DNA of 64,000 bases from Azolla caroliniana (taxonomy: Eukaryota > Plantae > Polypodiophyta): the NCBI GenBank assembly GCA_043228905.1, contig JBHGNT010000016.1:11098001-11162000 (forward strand), read 5' to 3'. Below the pieces are notes generated by a model. That model was given only the letters and a program-made list of their open reading frames with translations. It was not told the DNA's origin and searched no databases. The position numbers and the translations under genes were made by a program. Positions 40,739-52,400 of the stretch are shown piece by piece (positions within the stretch are counted from its first letter, which is position 1; each line of letters starts with the position of its first letter).

Positions 40739-41460
40739 TGTTGAGAATCAAGCTCAACCTAGTCTAGTGTATGAACACGTCCTTTGAGAATCTATGAGCA
40801 CTCAAAGGTCAAAAGTCACATGATACTCTCTACACATGAACTATATGTCATAGAATCATATTCTATGACACCTAACTAATGAATTCCATATTCCCCTTGA
40901 CTAATGTGTCTCCACATTCCCCAAGGTTCTAGAGAGGAGTGGGTGTTTTAGTGAGTTAATGAACAAAGAGGGTGACCATATATAAAGCACCCTCCTCCTA
41001 CTTTATATGTGTTGGTTATTCTCCTTGTAATGCTATATTTTTGTACTTGATATTCTCCTTGTTAACATACATCACAAACAAACACACACACACACACACG
41101 CACACAACACATATCTCTTCCGCAGCACAAAATCATATTCGATTCTTTACATGGTATCAAAGAGATTTGGTAGCTCGATCTAGCCCATCCTTGTGTGTTG
41201 TGTCTACATTGACGATTCAAAGAAATCCAGCTCATCGCTATCGTAGTGTAGATACATAGCTCATGTCCAAGAGAGAAGAACAAGGAAGAAATTTTCATCG
41301 ACATAATGAATACTGAAATGGGGAGTGGTCTCCCTAGCGAGAAGTTGGACAAAAACAACTTTGCATCTTGGGAGTACAAGATGCACCAATACCTTGTCGG
41401 CCAAGGCTATTGGGGCTACATTCAAGGAGCATAGGAAAACAAACCCAACCCAAAGGACGT
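40739..41460 (+). mobile_element. Copia 5' LTR (40739-41151), PBS and gag start, truncated
   Basis: TGTTGAGAATCAAGCTCAAC...TTTACA, then TGGTATCAAAG, then gag KLDKNNFASWEYKMHQYLVG. Same group as Copia-A/B/C. Confidence 0.85.
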
Positions 41461-42685
41461 TGTCGTGAAGGATTCCGGCTACGAGGAGAAATGGGGCCAA
41501 ATGCGTGTGGATGGGGGTGTGCAAGGATGCACGCGAAAACGTACAAAAACATGTATATAACATAGGACTAGTAGGTAGTAGGTAGTAGAGCCACTTTAAA
41601 GACCCACACGCATAGAGAGAATATGGGGATTTCATGTGAAGAAATCCGGGGGGGGGGGGGGGGGGGGGGATCTCTGACCCTGATCACGATGTAACCATCT
41701 TCCCTTGTGCTATAAAAAGGGTGACTTGAGCCTGTTTTAGGCATCCACGATTTGGGAGGACGAAGTGTTGTTGGTTTGAGGGACGAGCTCTTTGCCTCTC
41801 TCTCTCTCTCTCTCTCTCTCTCTTAGTTTTCTGGTGTGTATCTTCGAGGAAGAAGGTGAAGCCTCTACTTGCATAGGAAGCCCGTGAGCTCCCGACCAGA
41901 GTTCATCGTTCTGAGGGTGTTCGTGGTAGTCGTAGTTCTGAGCACCATTGCCGGATAAGTCTGGTTGTATTCTTTCGTTCTCTGCTAGTTATTAATGTCT
42001 TGTTTGTGTCTCTTATTGTGTCGAGTATTCCCACGCAGTTCCATCTTGCTATGGTTCACTGCAACCTGGGTTTGTGCTCTTACTCCCGTTCTGTCTCTAT
42101 TGTGTACGTGTCCGAGTCTGTGGGTCCGTGAGCTCGTTACTCCTGTCCACATTTCGACCGGAACAATACACTTCTTCAGGCCGTGCGCTAACTGGTCGGG
42201 ACCCGGGAATTGTTCTGGATCGGACATGTGCTCGAAAAGCGAACCAACGAAGCCATCCGGACATCGTTCTATGTCGCCTTCTCCCTTACCGACTCCTTGG
42301 TCCAAGGCCCCGGTGAGCCTGACTTGAAAGGGGATGGCAAAGGAGTTCAAAAATGAGAGGAAGTGAACTAGCTAAGGTGATGGTAGCAACCGTAGAAGCG
42401 ATAGTCGGTGCGATTGGCCGGTTCAATGGAAAATATGCGACAAGCTACCTGGAGGCCTACCAGGCTGAAATGATGATGAGGGATATTACGGAGGACCGAC
42501 GACTGGCTAGATTCGCTCAAGTCATTACACCGAGCAACCATGCCGATGTGCTCAAGGTGCAAGTAGACTGTCGTACCTGGGCAGAATTCGAGGGGAAGCT
42601 CCTTGAAAGGTATGGCTTCGACGACTCACTCTCGCTGTCGAAGAAGGAATTTATGGATTGGGTCGAGACCCCCATCAAGGGATGA
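41461..42685 (+). mobile_element. Gypsy 5' fragment (LTR and gag start), possibly related to G2
   Basis: Begins TGTCGTGAAG like the G2 LTR terminus; TATAAAAA at 41711; CT microsatellite; gag-like ORF 42353 (RFNGK...YLEAY). The LTR end is uncertain. Confidence 0.6.
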
Positions 42686-42739
42686 ACAATGTGAATACGG
42701 CCATTATACACTCGTATTCGACAAGTGCAACTGTCGACT

Positions 42740-43621
42740 GCTTTTTCCTGATCTAGGAGATAGCTCCGCTACCGAGGGAGAAGACAAATCCCGAGGTCGA
42801 TCGTCTATCAGCCTTGTAGCCGGCCCAGTCTGTATATCTGTACCCTTCAAGTCAAATGATAGTTTCCAACTTACATAGGATGTCGTAAACCATCATCCTA
42901 CTAACGTACATGAGTACTCTCTTAGCGCAATCCAGATGAATATTCCGAGGTTCTTGCTTGAATGGTTGGGTCATGTGATGGTAAGATAGATTAAGCTACC
43001 AACCAACTGACAATATTGAGACAGCTCACACTCTTCTGTCCTAGAGTCGGCATCAAGCTTTAGGTTTCGATCGAGAGGGGTTGACACAGGTTCACACTTT
43101 GTCATCCTAAACTTGTACAACAAGTTGAGGATGTGGTGCCATTGGGAGATCATGATCCCGATTGGTGTCTGAATTACTTCTATACCGAGGAAGTAATGGA
43201 GCTCCTACATGTCTTTAATTTTGAATCGATCGGATAGGAAGGATTTGACCTTATTGATGTCGCCTTGATTCTCTCCTCCAATGACCAGATCATCCATGAA
43301 TAGGATGATGACAATCAAACTTTCAGAATCACTTTTTATGTAGAGGGAGTTGTCCAATTTCGACATTTGGAAGCCGATTTGGTGAAGATACTGAGTAATC
43401 TTCAAATGCCAAACACTCGGTGCTTGCTTGAGTCCGTACAACGACTTCTTGAGTTGGTAGACTATGGTCGGGTGGTTGGTCGATTTGAACTTGGGTGGTT
43501 GAATCATGAAAACACCCTCTTCTAATTCGCCTTGAAGAAAGGCATTCTTCATGTCCATTTGATGGAGGTGCCATCCTCTAACAGCTGCCAATGCAATGAC
43601 TGTCTGAACAATCATCATCTT
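42740..43621 (-). pseudogene. Copia RT / RNase H fragment
   Basis: [31 protein letters not shown] and VGSLIYLTIT. Confidence 0.9.
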
Positions 43622-43980
43622 TATCATATTTTCATCGTCCATATTAGCCCAAATATACATGTGGGATTGTACATGAAACCTCTCTTCAATCGTACGTGAG
43701 TTATATCCATTCATTACAATTGGTTAAACAACTTGTCATGTGTACTAAGTACTTCCAATTCCTTATCAATTATGCTGAAAAGGACCTTCTCAATTACTTT
43801 GTCCCTTTTAGCTGGTAGAATTGCTAGGTATGTACGTCGTTTTATACTAAATCTATGGAATTCTTGCAAGGTAGCAGGAGACGACTTAGGAAGACGTTTG
43901 AAGAGGATAGAGACCACTTCATCGGAGAGGAGAGACCCATAAACAAAAACTCTATGAGCTTCTATTCATGGAGTGCCCAT
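43622..43980 (-). pseudogene. AIG2-like (gamma-glutamylcyclotransferase fold) pseudogene, intronless, 3'-truncated
   Basis: ATG at 43980 reads MGTP*IEAHRVFVYGSLLSDEVVSILFKRLPKSSPATLQEFHRFSIKRRTYLAILP...KVLFSIIDKELEVL, then a frameshift, then YT*QVV*PIVM...MYIWANMDDEN. VFVYGSL and HRFSIK..YP are recognisable AIG2-like motifs. Confidence 0.8.
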
Positions 43981-44021
43981 AATTATGAGAAGCTTGTCTT
44001 GTGATATCTTAATCCCAAGCT

Positions 44022-44068
<47 letters not shown>
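44022..44068. repeat. (CA)n microsatellite
   Basis: Direct reading. Confidence 0.95.
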
Positions 44069-44070
<2 letters not shown>

Positions 44071-44417
44071 CTACTTCCCAGAATTGCATGGGGAGCAAGC
44101 AATAAGATCCAAAAGACGCATAAAAGCAAATTTTTGTGTTTAGGTTGGATGTAAGATATAGAAAAATGGTTTGGTAGATGGGATGCAAGACACTTGCTTC
44201 ATGATGCATCACTAGATTCCTCAGTAAATGAGGCCTTTTTGCGACGCCAATGTATCATGGCATGGGACAAATGTGGAGGCTCACACTTCACACATTATAC
44301 TACACATGTTGCACCTAACCACAAAACCATATTCTTCTCGAAACGGGGAAACCGTTGTCATGATAACAGTCACATCATGCATTGAAAGGATCATGACACT
44401 CACATTATGACTCGAAA

Positions 44418-44472
44418 GGATTTGAACCCACGACCTTGTTGTACACATGTCAAATCCTTAACCATTGTATTA
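44418..44472 (-). promoter_or_regulatory. tRNA-like A/B-box module in the Tcn-C LTR (second copy 49471-49525)
   Basis: Minus strand TAATACAATGGTTAAG...AGGTCGTGGGTTCAAATCC; offset 44. Confidence 0.6.
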
Positions 44473-44654
44473 ATATTCTTATATGTATACTCTCTAGAAT
44501 ATTCTAGGTTATCCTAGAATGTAGAGTAATCTAGAAGATCTCTAGAGTATTCTAGAAGGTTCTAGAGTTTGAACCAATTTTTTCCCTTTCATCTCTTCGT
44601 CTTCCACAAACCCTAACAAGTTCTCTTCTTCCTTCGCCTCTCCCCTCATAAGCT

Positions 44655-45779
44655 ATGGAGTCCGTGAGCAAACAAGAATACATGCGTGTTCTTTCTGAGC
44701 TCGACATGCTCACGAATAAATTTGTGGCATTAGAGCATGAGAATCAAAGGCTACTTGGAGATCTACAACATGTGAGCGCCGAAAAAGCTCAACAATATGA
44801 AGAGTTATCACAGCGGGTTCATCAACTTGAGGTGACTATATTGTCATTACGAGAGCAAGCGTCGGGGGCTCAGAACTCCCCTAGAGAGCCAAAGATCAGC
44901 CTCCCTGCCAAGTTTGATGGTACGAGGTCTTTATTTCGAGGCTTTTTGAATCAAGTTCGTTTAGTTATTCAGCTACATCCCAATCGGTATCCAATTGATG
45001 CTGCTCGTGTGGGATTTGTGGGAACTTTGCTATGCAGAACGACGTTAGCATGGTTCGCACCACTTCTCGAGAAGAAATCACCATTGCTCGAGGATTTCGA
45101 GGCCTTTGTTAAAGAGTTTCAAGCTAGTTTCGGAGACACCGACAGCACTAGGACAGCGATAAACAAGATTCGAAGGCTCCGACAAGGAGATCGTCCCGCG
45201 TCGTCTTATGCAGCCGATTTCCATCTCTTGGCATGCGATATCCCTTGGGATGAGGCAGCTTTAATGGATCAATTCCGTCAAGGTTTGAGAAATGATGTCA
45301 AAGATCTTCTTCTTACTTTCCCTGAAGATCCGAAGTCACTTATAGAAGCCATTAGTCGAGCTGTGCGATGTGATAATCGCCTATTTGAGCGACGTTCTGA
45401 GCGCCAACAAATGTTACGCCGCCAACCTGAACAGACTTACGCTTCCGTAGTCGCAACGCCTCCACAAGTTTCTAGATCCATTACAAGGGATGGCCCAACT
45501 CCGATGGAAATAGAATCAACACAACGTCGTGGGCCGTTATCAGATGCTGAGAAGCAACGACGTCGAGCGCATCGCCTCTGCCTGTATTGTGGTGGTCCAG
45601 GACATATAGCTGTAAATTGTCCACATAAACCTAGGCGTCAAGTATACCAAGTAAGTGCCCATGAAAACCCTACATCGAGTTCTATTGTTACTTCTAATAA
45701 CATAAATAAGCCTCATAGTCCATGTCATGAGAATAGATTCGATGTCTTGAGTCAATTAGAGGATGTGTTAAACGAGTAA
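44655..45779 (+). CDS. gag: Tcn-C Gag, intact (374 aa)
   Basis: Open ORF with an N-terminal coiled coil, LRQGDRPASSYAADF, and a CLYCGGPGHIAVNC knuckle. Confidence 0.93.
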   Translation: MESVSKQEYMRVLSELDMLTNKFVALEHENQRLLGDLQHVSAEKAQQYEELSQRVHQLEVTILSLREQASGAQNSPREPKISLPAKFDGTRSLFRGFLNQVRLVIQLHPNRYPIDAARVGFVGTLLCRTTLAWFAPLLEKKSPLLEDFEAFVKEFQASFGDTDSTRTAINKIRRLRQGDRPASSYAADFHLLACDIPWDEAALMDQFRQGLRNDVKDLLLTFPEDPKSLIEAISRAVRCDNRLFERRSERQQMLRRQPEQTYASVVATPPQVSRSITRDGPTPMEIESTQRRGPLSDAEKQRRRAHRLCLYCGGPGHIAVNCPHKPRRQVYQVSAHENPTSSSIVTSNNINKPHSPCHENRFDVLSQLEDVLNE

Positions 45780-45811
45780 GTCCGGCCAAAATAGGAGCCA
45801 TTTGGCTGGAC
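45767..45811 (+). promoter_or_regulatory. Putative -1 ribosomal frameshift signal (G-UUA-AAC plus 11-bp stem-loop); also 17209-17253 and 30426-30470 on the minus strand
   Basis: Conserved in all three chromoviruses; pol lies in the -1 frame relative to gag. Confidence 0.8.
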
Positions 45812-48800
45812 CATCCTAGCTATGTAGAGTTAGTTCCTAGTCGTGGTTCCATTTCATCAAATCAAGTGAGTCGAGTTTTTTCAGCACAAGTCGAGCTTAC
45901 CACATCTACATGTCATCGAGTCCTAGCCTCTGCCCTTCTAGATTCTGGAGCCAACTCTTGTTTCATGGATCGTGAATTTGCCTTGTCACAAAACATCCTC
46001 TTGAATAAGCTTCCCAACCCAGTAGCCGTAGGAGTCATCGATGGACGTCTCATAGCATCAGGAGATATAGTCGAGGAGTCCGAGCCAATTAGGGTAGTTC
46101 TTGGCAATTTGGCAAGCATAATCTCTTTCAATATTATTCGTAGTCCGGACCACCCAATAGTTCTAGGTCTCCCCTGGTTTGAACTCCATAACCCGAAGAT
46201 TGATTGGATGAAAAGAACAATTGAGGAGACTCGGGAAAAAAGCACAAATCCCGCATCCCTCTCTCCTACATGTGCTAATAGATCCCCGGAGTTATCGCCC
46301 ATCTCTTTACGACAGTTGCGGGAGGAAGGGGGGAACGAGGCCATGTTCGTCTTCGCAATAGTAGCAACTCCATCATCCACTTCACGTGACGCGGATATTA
46401 AACTACCAGAGAAATACAAGGAGTTTTCAGATGTCTTTGATAAGGTGAAGGCCAATACATTGCCGGAGCATCGGCCATACGACTGCCCTATTGACTTACA
46501 ACCAGGGAAAGAACCTCCATGGGGCCCAATTTATAATCTCTCCCCTGTAGAGCTAGAGACTTTGCGGGAATATATTGATGAGAATCTGGCAAACGGATTC
46601 ATTCGGCATTCTAGATCCCCTGCTGGTGCACCTATCTTCTTCGTTAAGAAGAAGAATGTGACTCTTCGGTTGGTCGTGGATTATCGAGGGCTAAACAAAG
46701 TGACTATCCGAAATAGATATGCTCTACCATTAATCCCGAATCTTTTGGAACGTCTCAGTGGTGCAAAATATTTCACGAAGTTGGACCTTCGCGGAGCATA
46801 TAATCTAGTTCGGATTCGCCCGGGGGATGAATGGAAGACAGCTTTCCGCACTCGCTATGGACATTTTGAGTATACAGTGATGCCATTTGGTCTCACGAAT
46901 GCACCTGCTGTTTTCCAACATATGGCGAACGATATTTTTCGAGATTTTCTTGATATCTTCACTATAGTTTACCTAGATGATATTTTAATCTACTCAAAGA
47001 CCCAAGAGGAGCATGATGCACATGTTCGTCAAGTACTGTGCCGACTCCGAGAATATGGTCTCTACGCAAAATTAGAAAAGTGTAGTTTCGGCCAGAATCA
47101 AGTGGAATTTTTGGGGTATGTTGTATCGTCAAATGGTATTGCTATGGACCCCATGAAGGTACAGGCAATTTTAGAGTGGCAAACGCCCCTTTCAGTGCGT
47201 GATGTGCAATGTTTTCTCGGGTTTGCAAATTTTTATCGAAAATTTATTAAAGATTATTCCAAGGTTGTGCTTCCGCTTACTCAGCTCACACATAAAGATC
47301 AACCATTTATATGGAGTTCAGATGCATCCGAGGCATTCGAAAGCTTAAAACGAGCATTTACAACGGCACCTATCTTAGCACATGTTGACCCAACAAAACG
47401 CTTCATCCTCGAAGCCGATGCATCCGATTTTGCACTAGGGAGTGTCCTCTCGCCGACTGGAGATGATGGACAACTACACCCTGTCGCCTTTCATTTACGA
47501 AAGTTTGAAGCTGCAGAGATCAACTACGAGATCCATGACAAAGAGCTTCTTGCAATCGTGGATTCGTTTCAACAATGGCGACATTTCCTAGAAGGTTCTT
47601 CTCAGCAGATCATTGTCTACAATGATCATAAGAACCTGACTTATTTCCAAAATGCTCGAGTCTTGAGTCGGCGACAAGCCTGGTGGGCGCAATTTTTGAC
47701 TCACTTCGACTTTATCATCATATATCGCCCTGGGATGCAGCAAGGCAAAGCAGATGCTCTTTCTCGGCGCTCTTATATGGAACTTCGTCCAGGGGAACCT
47801 GCTTTTGAGCATCAAAAACAAATCCTTTTGGGTCCTAATCGATTACGATTAATGGTAGTTAACGCCATAACAGCTCTTGAAAATTCCACTCTTCTTGATT
47901 CCATTCGAGATCATATGGCCACTGATGATTTCGCCAAGGATGTTTTGGATCATATCGTCCCGGATCGTGCTTCTTGCTCACAGTCGAAAAATCCTCGTAA
48001 TGACTATTGTCAGTTCTATTGGCATGATGGTTTTCTATTTCGACAAAATTTATTGTATGTTCCTGATGGTCCCCCACGGCTACAAGTTTTGCAACATTGC
48101 CATGACTCACCAATGGCTGGTCATTTTGGAGTTCACAAGACTCTAGAATTAATTTCTCGACGCTATTGGTGGCCTCGCCTTCGTCATTTTGTTGAGGAGT
48201 ATGTTCGGAGTTGTGATATATGTTGTCGATCAAAGAATCCTCGTCACCGACCCTATGGCTTACTACAACCACTTCCCATTCCGGAAACACCTTGGAAGTC
48301 TATATCCTTGGACTTCATTACTGATCTCCCAGTTTCAAAAGGTTTTGATGCAATTCTCACAGTGGTTGATCGATTTACCAAAATGGCACATTTCTTGCCA
48401 TGTACAAAGTCGATTACTAGTCAAGAGACGGCTGATCTCGTTATGCGGGAGGTATTTAAGCATCATGGTTTGCCAGATGATATTATTAGTGATCGTGGTC
48501 CACAATTCATCTCAAAGTTTTGGAAGCACCTGTTCAAACTTCTCCACATTTCAGTTAAGCTTTCTTTGGGCTATCATCCTGAAACAAATGGCCAAACAGA
48601 GCGTACCAACCAGACATTGGAACAATATCTTCGTTGTTTCATCAACTATCAACAAGATGATTGGGTTGCATTTTTGCACTTGGCGGAATTCGCTTACAAC
48701 AACTCAGCCCATTCTTCTACAGGATATTCCCCATTTTTCGCAAATACGGGCTGTCATCCTCGATGGACGATGAATGCGCATCCAGAAGTTCCTACCAACC

Positions 48801-49416
48801 CTGCTGCCGAGGATCGTCTTAGTCGCCTCCAAGAAATTCAAGCTAACATTCTCCACAATTTGCACGATGCTCAATTTACACACAAGAGGCTTGCCGATTG
48901 TCATCGTCTAGACTCCTCAAAAAAGTTCCGCATTGGGGATCATGTATGGCTTCTCCAACACAACATCAAGACCACTCGACCTTGCAGTAAATTGGATTAC
49001 CAACGTTTTGGCCCTTACATGATCACTGGTAAGATAAGTGATGTTGCATTCGTCTTGACCTCCCTCCGCACATGCATCTTCATCCGGTGTTTCATATATC
49101 CCTTTTGGAACCTTATACTACAAGTTCAATTCCGGGCCGTCTTACGACACCCCCACCACCTGTCGAGTTCTTGGATGGGCCTGAATTTGAAGTTGCTGCC
49201 GTTCTCGATTCTAAAATCGTGCGCAACAAGTTGTATTACTTGGTCGATTGGCTAGGCTATACCCCCAATGATCGAACTTGGGAACCTGCCACAAATCTTT
49301 CCAATGCTGCAGAACTCGTCAATGCATTTCATCGCCAATATCCTTGTAAACCAGGTCCTAATACAAACCCTACGACCCGTGAGACGTGTCGTCGAAGAAG
49401 GGGGATGGTGTCATGA
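45767..49416 (+). CDS. pol: Tcn-C Pol (PR-RT-RH-INT-chromodomain) in the -1 frame; one frameshift at ~49050 disconnects the chromodomain
   Basis: The 1129-aa ORF frame is open back to the slippery site at 45767. LLDSGA, YLDD, DASD and SDRGPQF are present; the chromodomain is in ORF 49072. Confidence 0.92.
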
Positions 49417-52400
49417 TAACAGTCACATCATGCATCGAAAGGATCATGACACTCACATTATGACTCGAAAGGATTTGAACCCACGACCTTGTTGTACACA
49501 TGTCAAATCCTTAACCATTGTATTTATATTCTTATATGTATAGTCTCTAGAATATGAAATCTAATATCATAGGAATATTCTATATTACTCTACATTCTAG
49601 AATGACCTAGAATATTCTAGAGTGTTCTATACCACTAGAACCTTCTAGAATACTCTAGAGATCTTCTAGATTACTCTACATTCTAGGATAACCTAGAATA
49701 TTCTAGAGAGTTCTCTATTACTTATAAATAGGGATCTACCACCCATCCCAAACCTAAATTGGTTCAACGCCATTTTGTAGCCTACTCTTTGTAATCCATT
49801 TTACGCTTCAATATAATAATTCTCTTTCAATTATCTCTCTATCTCTTTTTCTCTCTCTTTCTCTCTCTCAGTCTTGACAACCGTACACTATTAAGCCCTT
49901 GGATAACACCACGACCAGTCGTGAAGAAGAGCACATCAACAAGGACACAATATGGCTAAAGGACCTACGAAGAGGGAATGACAAGAGGAAAGAGGGCTAA
50001 AGGACATCAGAGAGTGAAAGGTCCATCCATACCCTAAATGTAAATACTATCTAAACCACATGGTGGTGGCTTTGTAAGGGTTCTCCCATTTGTAAAGATC
50101 TCCTATTGATTAGAGCTAGAGCTTCCTCTCCTCCTTCTTGTAACCTTTGAGCTTAAGAGAGATTAATGAGGTGTTTCGTTAGAGAACACTAATCTCTCTC
50201 CTTGTTGGTGCTAGAACTCTTAGCAAAGAGGGTTAATAAACATACTGTGAACGATTACTTGAGGAAGCGTTAGAAAATAGAGAAAGTAGGGAGTACAAGG
50301 AGTACACGGGAGAGACAAAGAGAGCAAAACGTAAGAGCTATATTCAAAACGATATAATCACTCTCTTTTTATACAACTGTGCTCAGTAGCACTATTTATA
50401 CAAGTCCTCATGGAACTGACAGAAGTACCGCGTACTTCAATGCTTACACGAGCTTCTGACACTTACTACGAGACTATAATTGCCTAGTAGTCTAAACTAA
50501 TACTAGGCTTCCGGTTACCGATTGGATCTGGCTAACCGGCTCTGTTGCTCACGGCTTACCGATCTGTCTCGCTTGCCGGCTCAGGCTTATTCAGCCGATC
50601 CGGCTCCAGTTGAGCTTGCCGCTCAACACTCCCCCTCAAGCTCAACGTGAGGTTGGATCCTAGTGTCAGTCTTTGTGGCAGTCGGTTCTTCCAACCGACT
50701 TCTCCTGGCGTCGCTCCGCCTTGCTCGCGCTCCTCGTCCGGTTCGGTTCTGTTTGCCGCGACCCGTCTTGTTCTGCGCGCCTCGACCTTCTCGGTCGGTA
50801 TGTTTGCTCAATAGGCCCCTCTCAACTCCTTCGTTGCTATGACTCCAGCGCTTATCGATCTGTCGGTTCCTCCGCGATGGCATCGACTTCCGTTGCATCC
50901 GTGTCAACTTGGCCTTGAATTGATCCAGTTCTTCCGTATCTGTCTTTTAAACCGAATCGACTATCTTCGATTCGTTCCAGCTCTTGTCTGAATCGGTTGC
51001 TCCCGATTCGTCTTCTGGTTCCAAGCCCTTCACCACATCGGACCATGTCCGGGTCTTGGCCTTCTTCCTTCGGTCGGCTCTGTCCTTCTTGACTCTGCCG
51101 CCTTCTGTTCTTCCCTCACCGGCGCAATCGACAGTCTCTTTGCCTTTGCCCATTCCAGTGTCTTTGCCCGTTCTCCCCCTCAAGTGTGGCACGTCGAGAT
51201 GCTGAACACCAAGCATTTCGGTGAAGTGTTGCAACTTGTCCGATCTGAGTGGTTTCGTGAAGATGTCGACAACTTGCCGATCCGTGTGAAAATACCGAAG
51301 TTCAACCTCACCACTCAGGACACGCTTACGCACGAAGTGATAGTGCACTTCTATGTGTTTTGTGCGAGCATGGAATACGGGGTTCTTGGGGAGTTGCATG
51401 CTGCTTATGTTGTCGCAGTAGGCTAGAATCAAGGTCGGTACCTCGATCCGTAGGTCTTGCAGCAGTCGCCGAAGCCAAATGGCTTCACAGGTGGCAATGG
51501 TAGTGCCCCGATACTCAGCCTCAGTGCTCGATAGAGCAACTGTGGGCTGCTTTTTGCTGCTCCACGCAATAGCCGCGCTACCTAGGGAAAACATGTAACC
51601 GGAGGTTGATCGGTGATCTGATGCATCGCCGGCCCAATCGGCATCTATGTAACCGACCAGCTCTTCGGGTTTACCACGCCGGTATAACAGGCCCTGGTCC
51701 TTCGTGCCGCTTACATATTGCAGTATCCGTTGCGCGCACTGAAGGTGCTCCACGGTCGGCTTCTCCATGAACTGACTTATCATTCCGACCGGATAGCTGA
51801 TGTCAGGTCGTGTGATAGTCAAGTAAATAAGGCTTCCGACAAATTGTCGGAACCGTTGCTCGTTGCAGGCCGGTCCGGAGTTGGGACGAAGCTTCTGGTT
51901 CCGGTCCAAGGGTGTGGAGACAGGTCGGCATTCTTTCATGCCGAACTCGTACAGCATATTCAAGACATAATGTTGTTGTGAGAGCAATATGCCGTCCGGG
52001 GTTTGGATCACCTCGATCCCTAGAAAACAATGAAGGTCCCCCAGATCCTTCATCTCAAATGCGTCCGACAACGGGGACTTGATGCGGTTGATTTCTGGAA
52101 CTCCTTGTCCGGTGATGACTAGATCATCAACATACAACAGTATACATACTGGACCGGCTGAGCCTTGCTGGATGAACAATGAAGAGTTCGATTTGGAGGC
52201 CACAAACCCCATCTTATGCAACCGGTGCGTGATCTTCGCATTCCAAGCTCGAGGGGCTTGCTTCATGCCGTTCAACGACTTTTTGAGCCGGCATACTGTC
52301 GACTTGTTCATCTCCGATTGAAAACCGGGAGGCTGAGTCATAAAGACTTCTTCTTCAAGTTCACCTTGAAGAAATGCATTCTTCACATCCATCTGATGAA

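Larger units (their letters stand above)
44356..49879 (+). mobile_element. Chromovirus (Tcn1-like) Tcn-C, best-preserved element, with a rearranged 5' LTR
   Basis: TSD ACCGT; 3' LTR 49409-49879; truncated and partly inverted 5' LTR 44356-44566; PPT GAAGAAGGGGGATGG at 49394-49408. Confidence 0.96.

Noticed and set aside
40315-42723. One element bounded by 40315 and the LTR end at 42686-42723
   Set aside because: The flanks CGGTT and AGTGC do not form a TSD, and only ~38 bp of the second LTR remain.
45780-45822. H-type pseudoknot (loop UAGG pairing with downstream CCUA) at the frameshift site
   Set aside because: The complementarity is conserved, but a 2-3 nt linker is too short to span an 11-bp stem. 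A simple hairpin is the supportable model.
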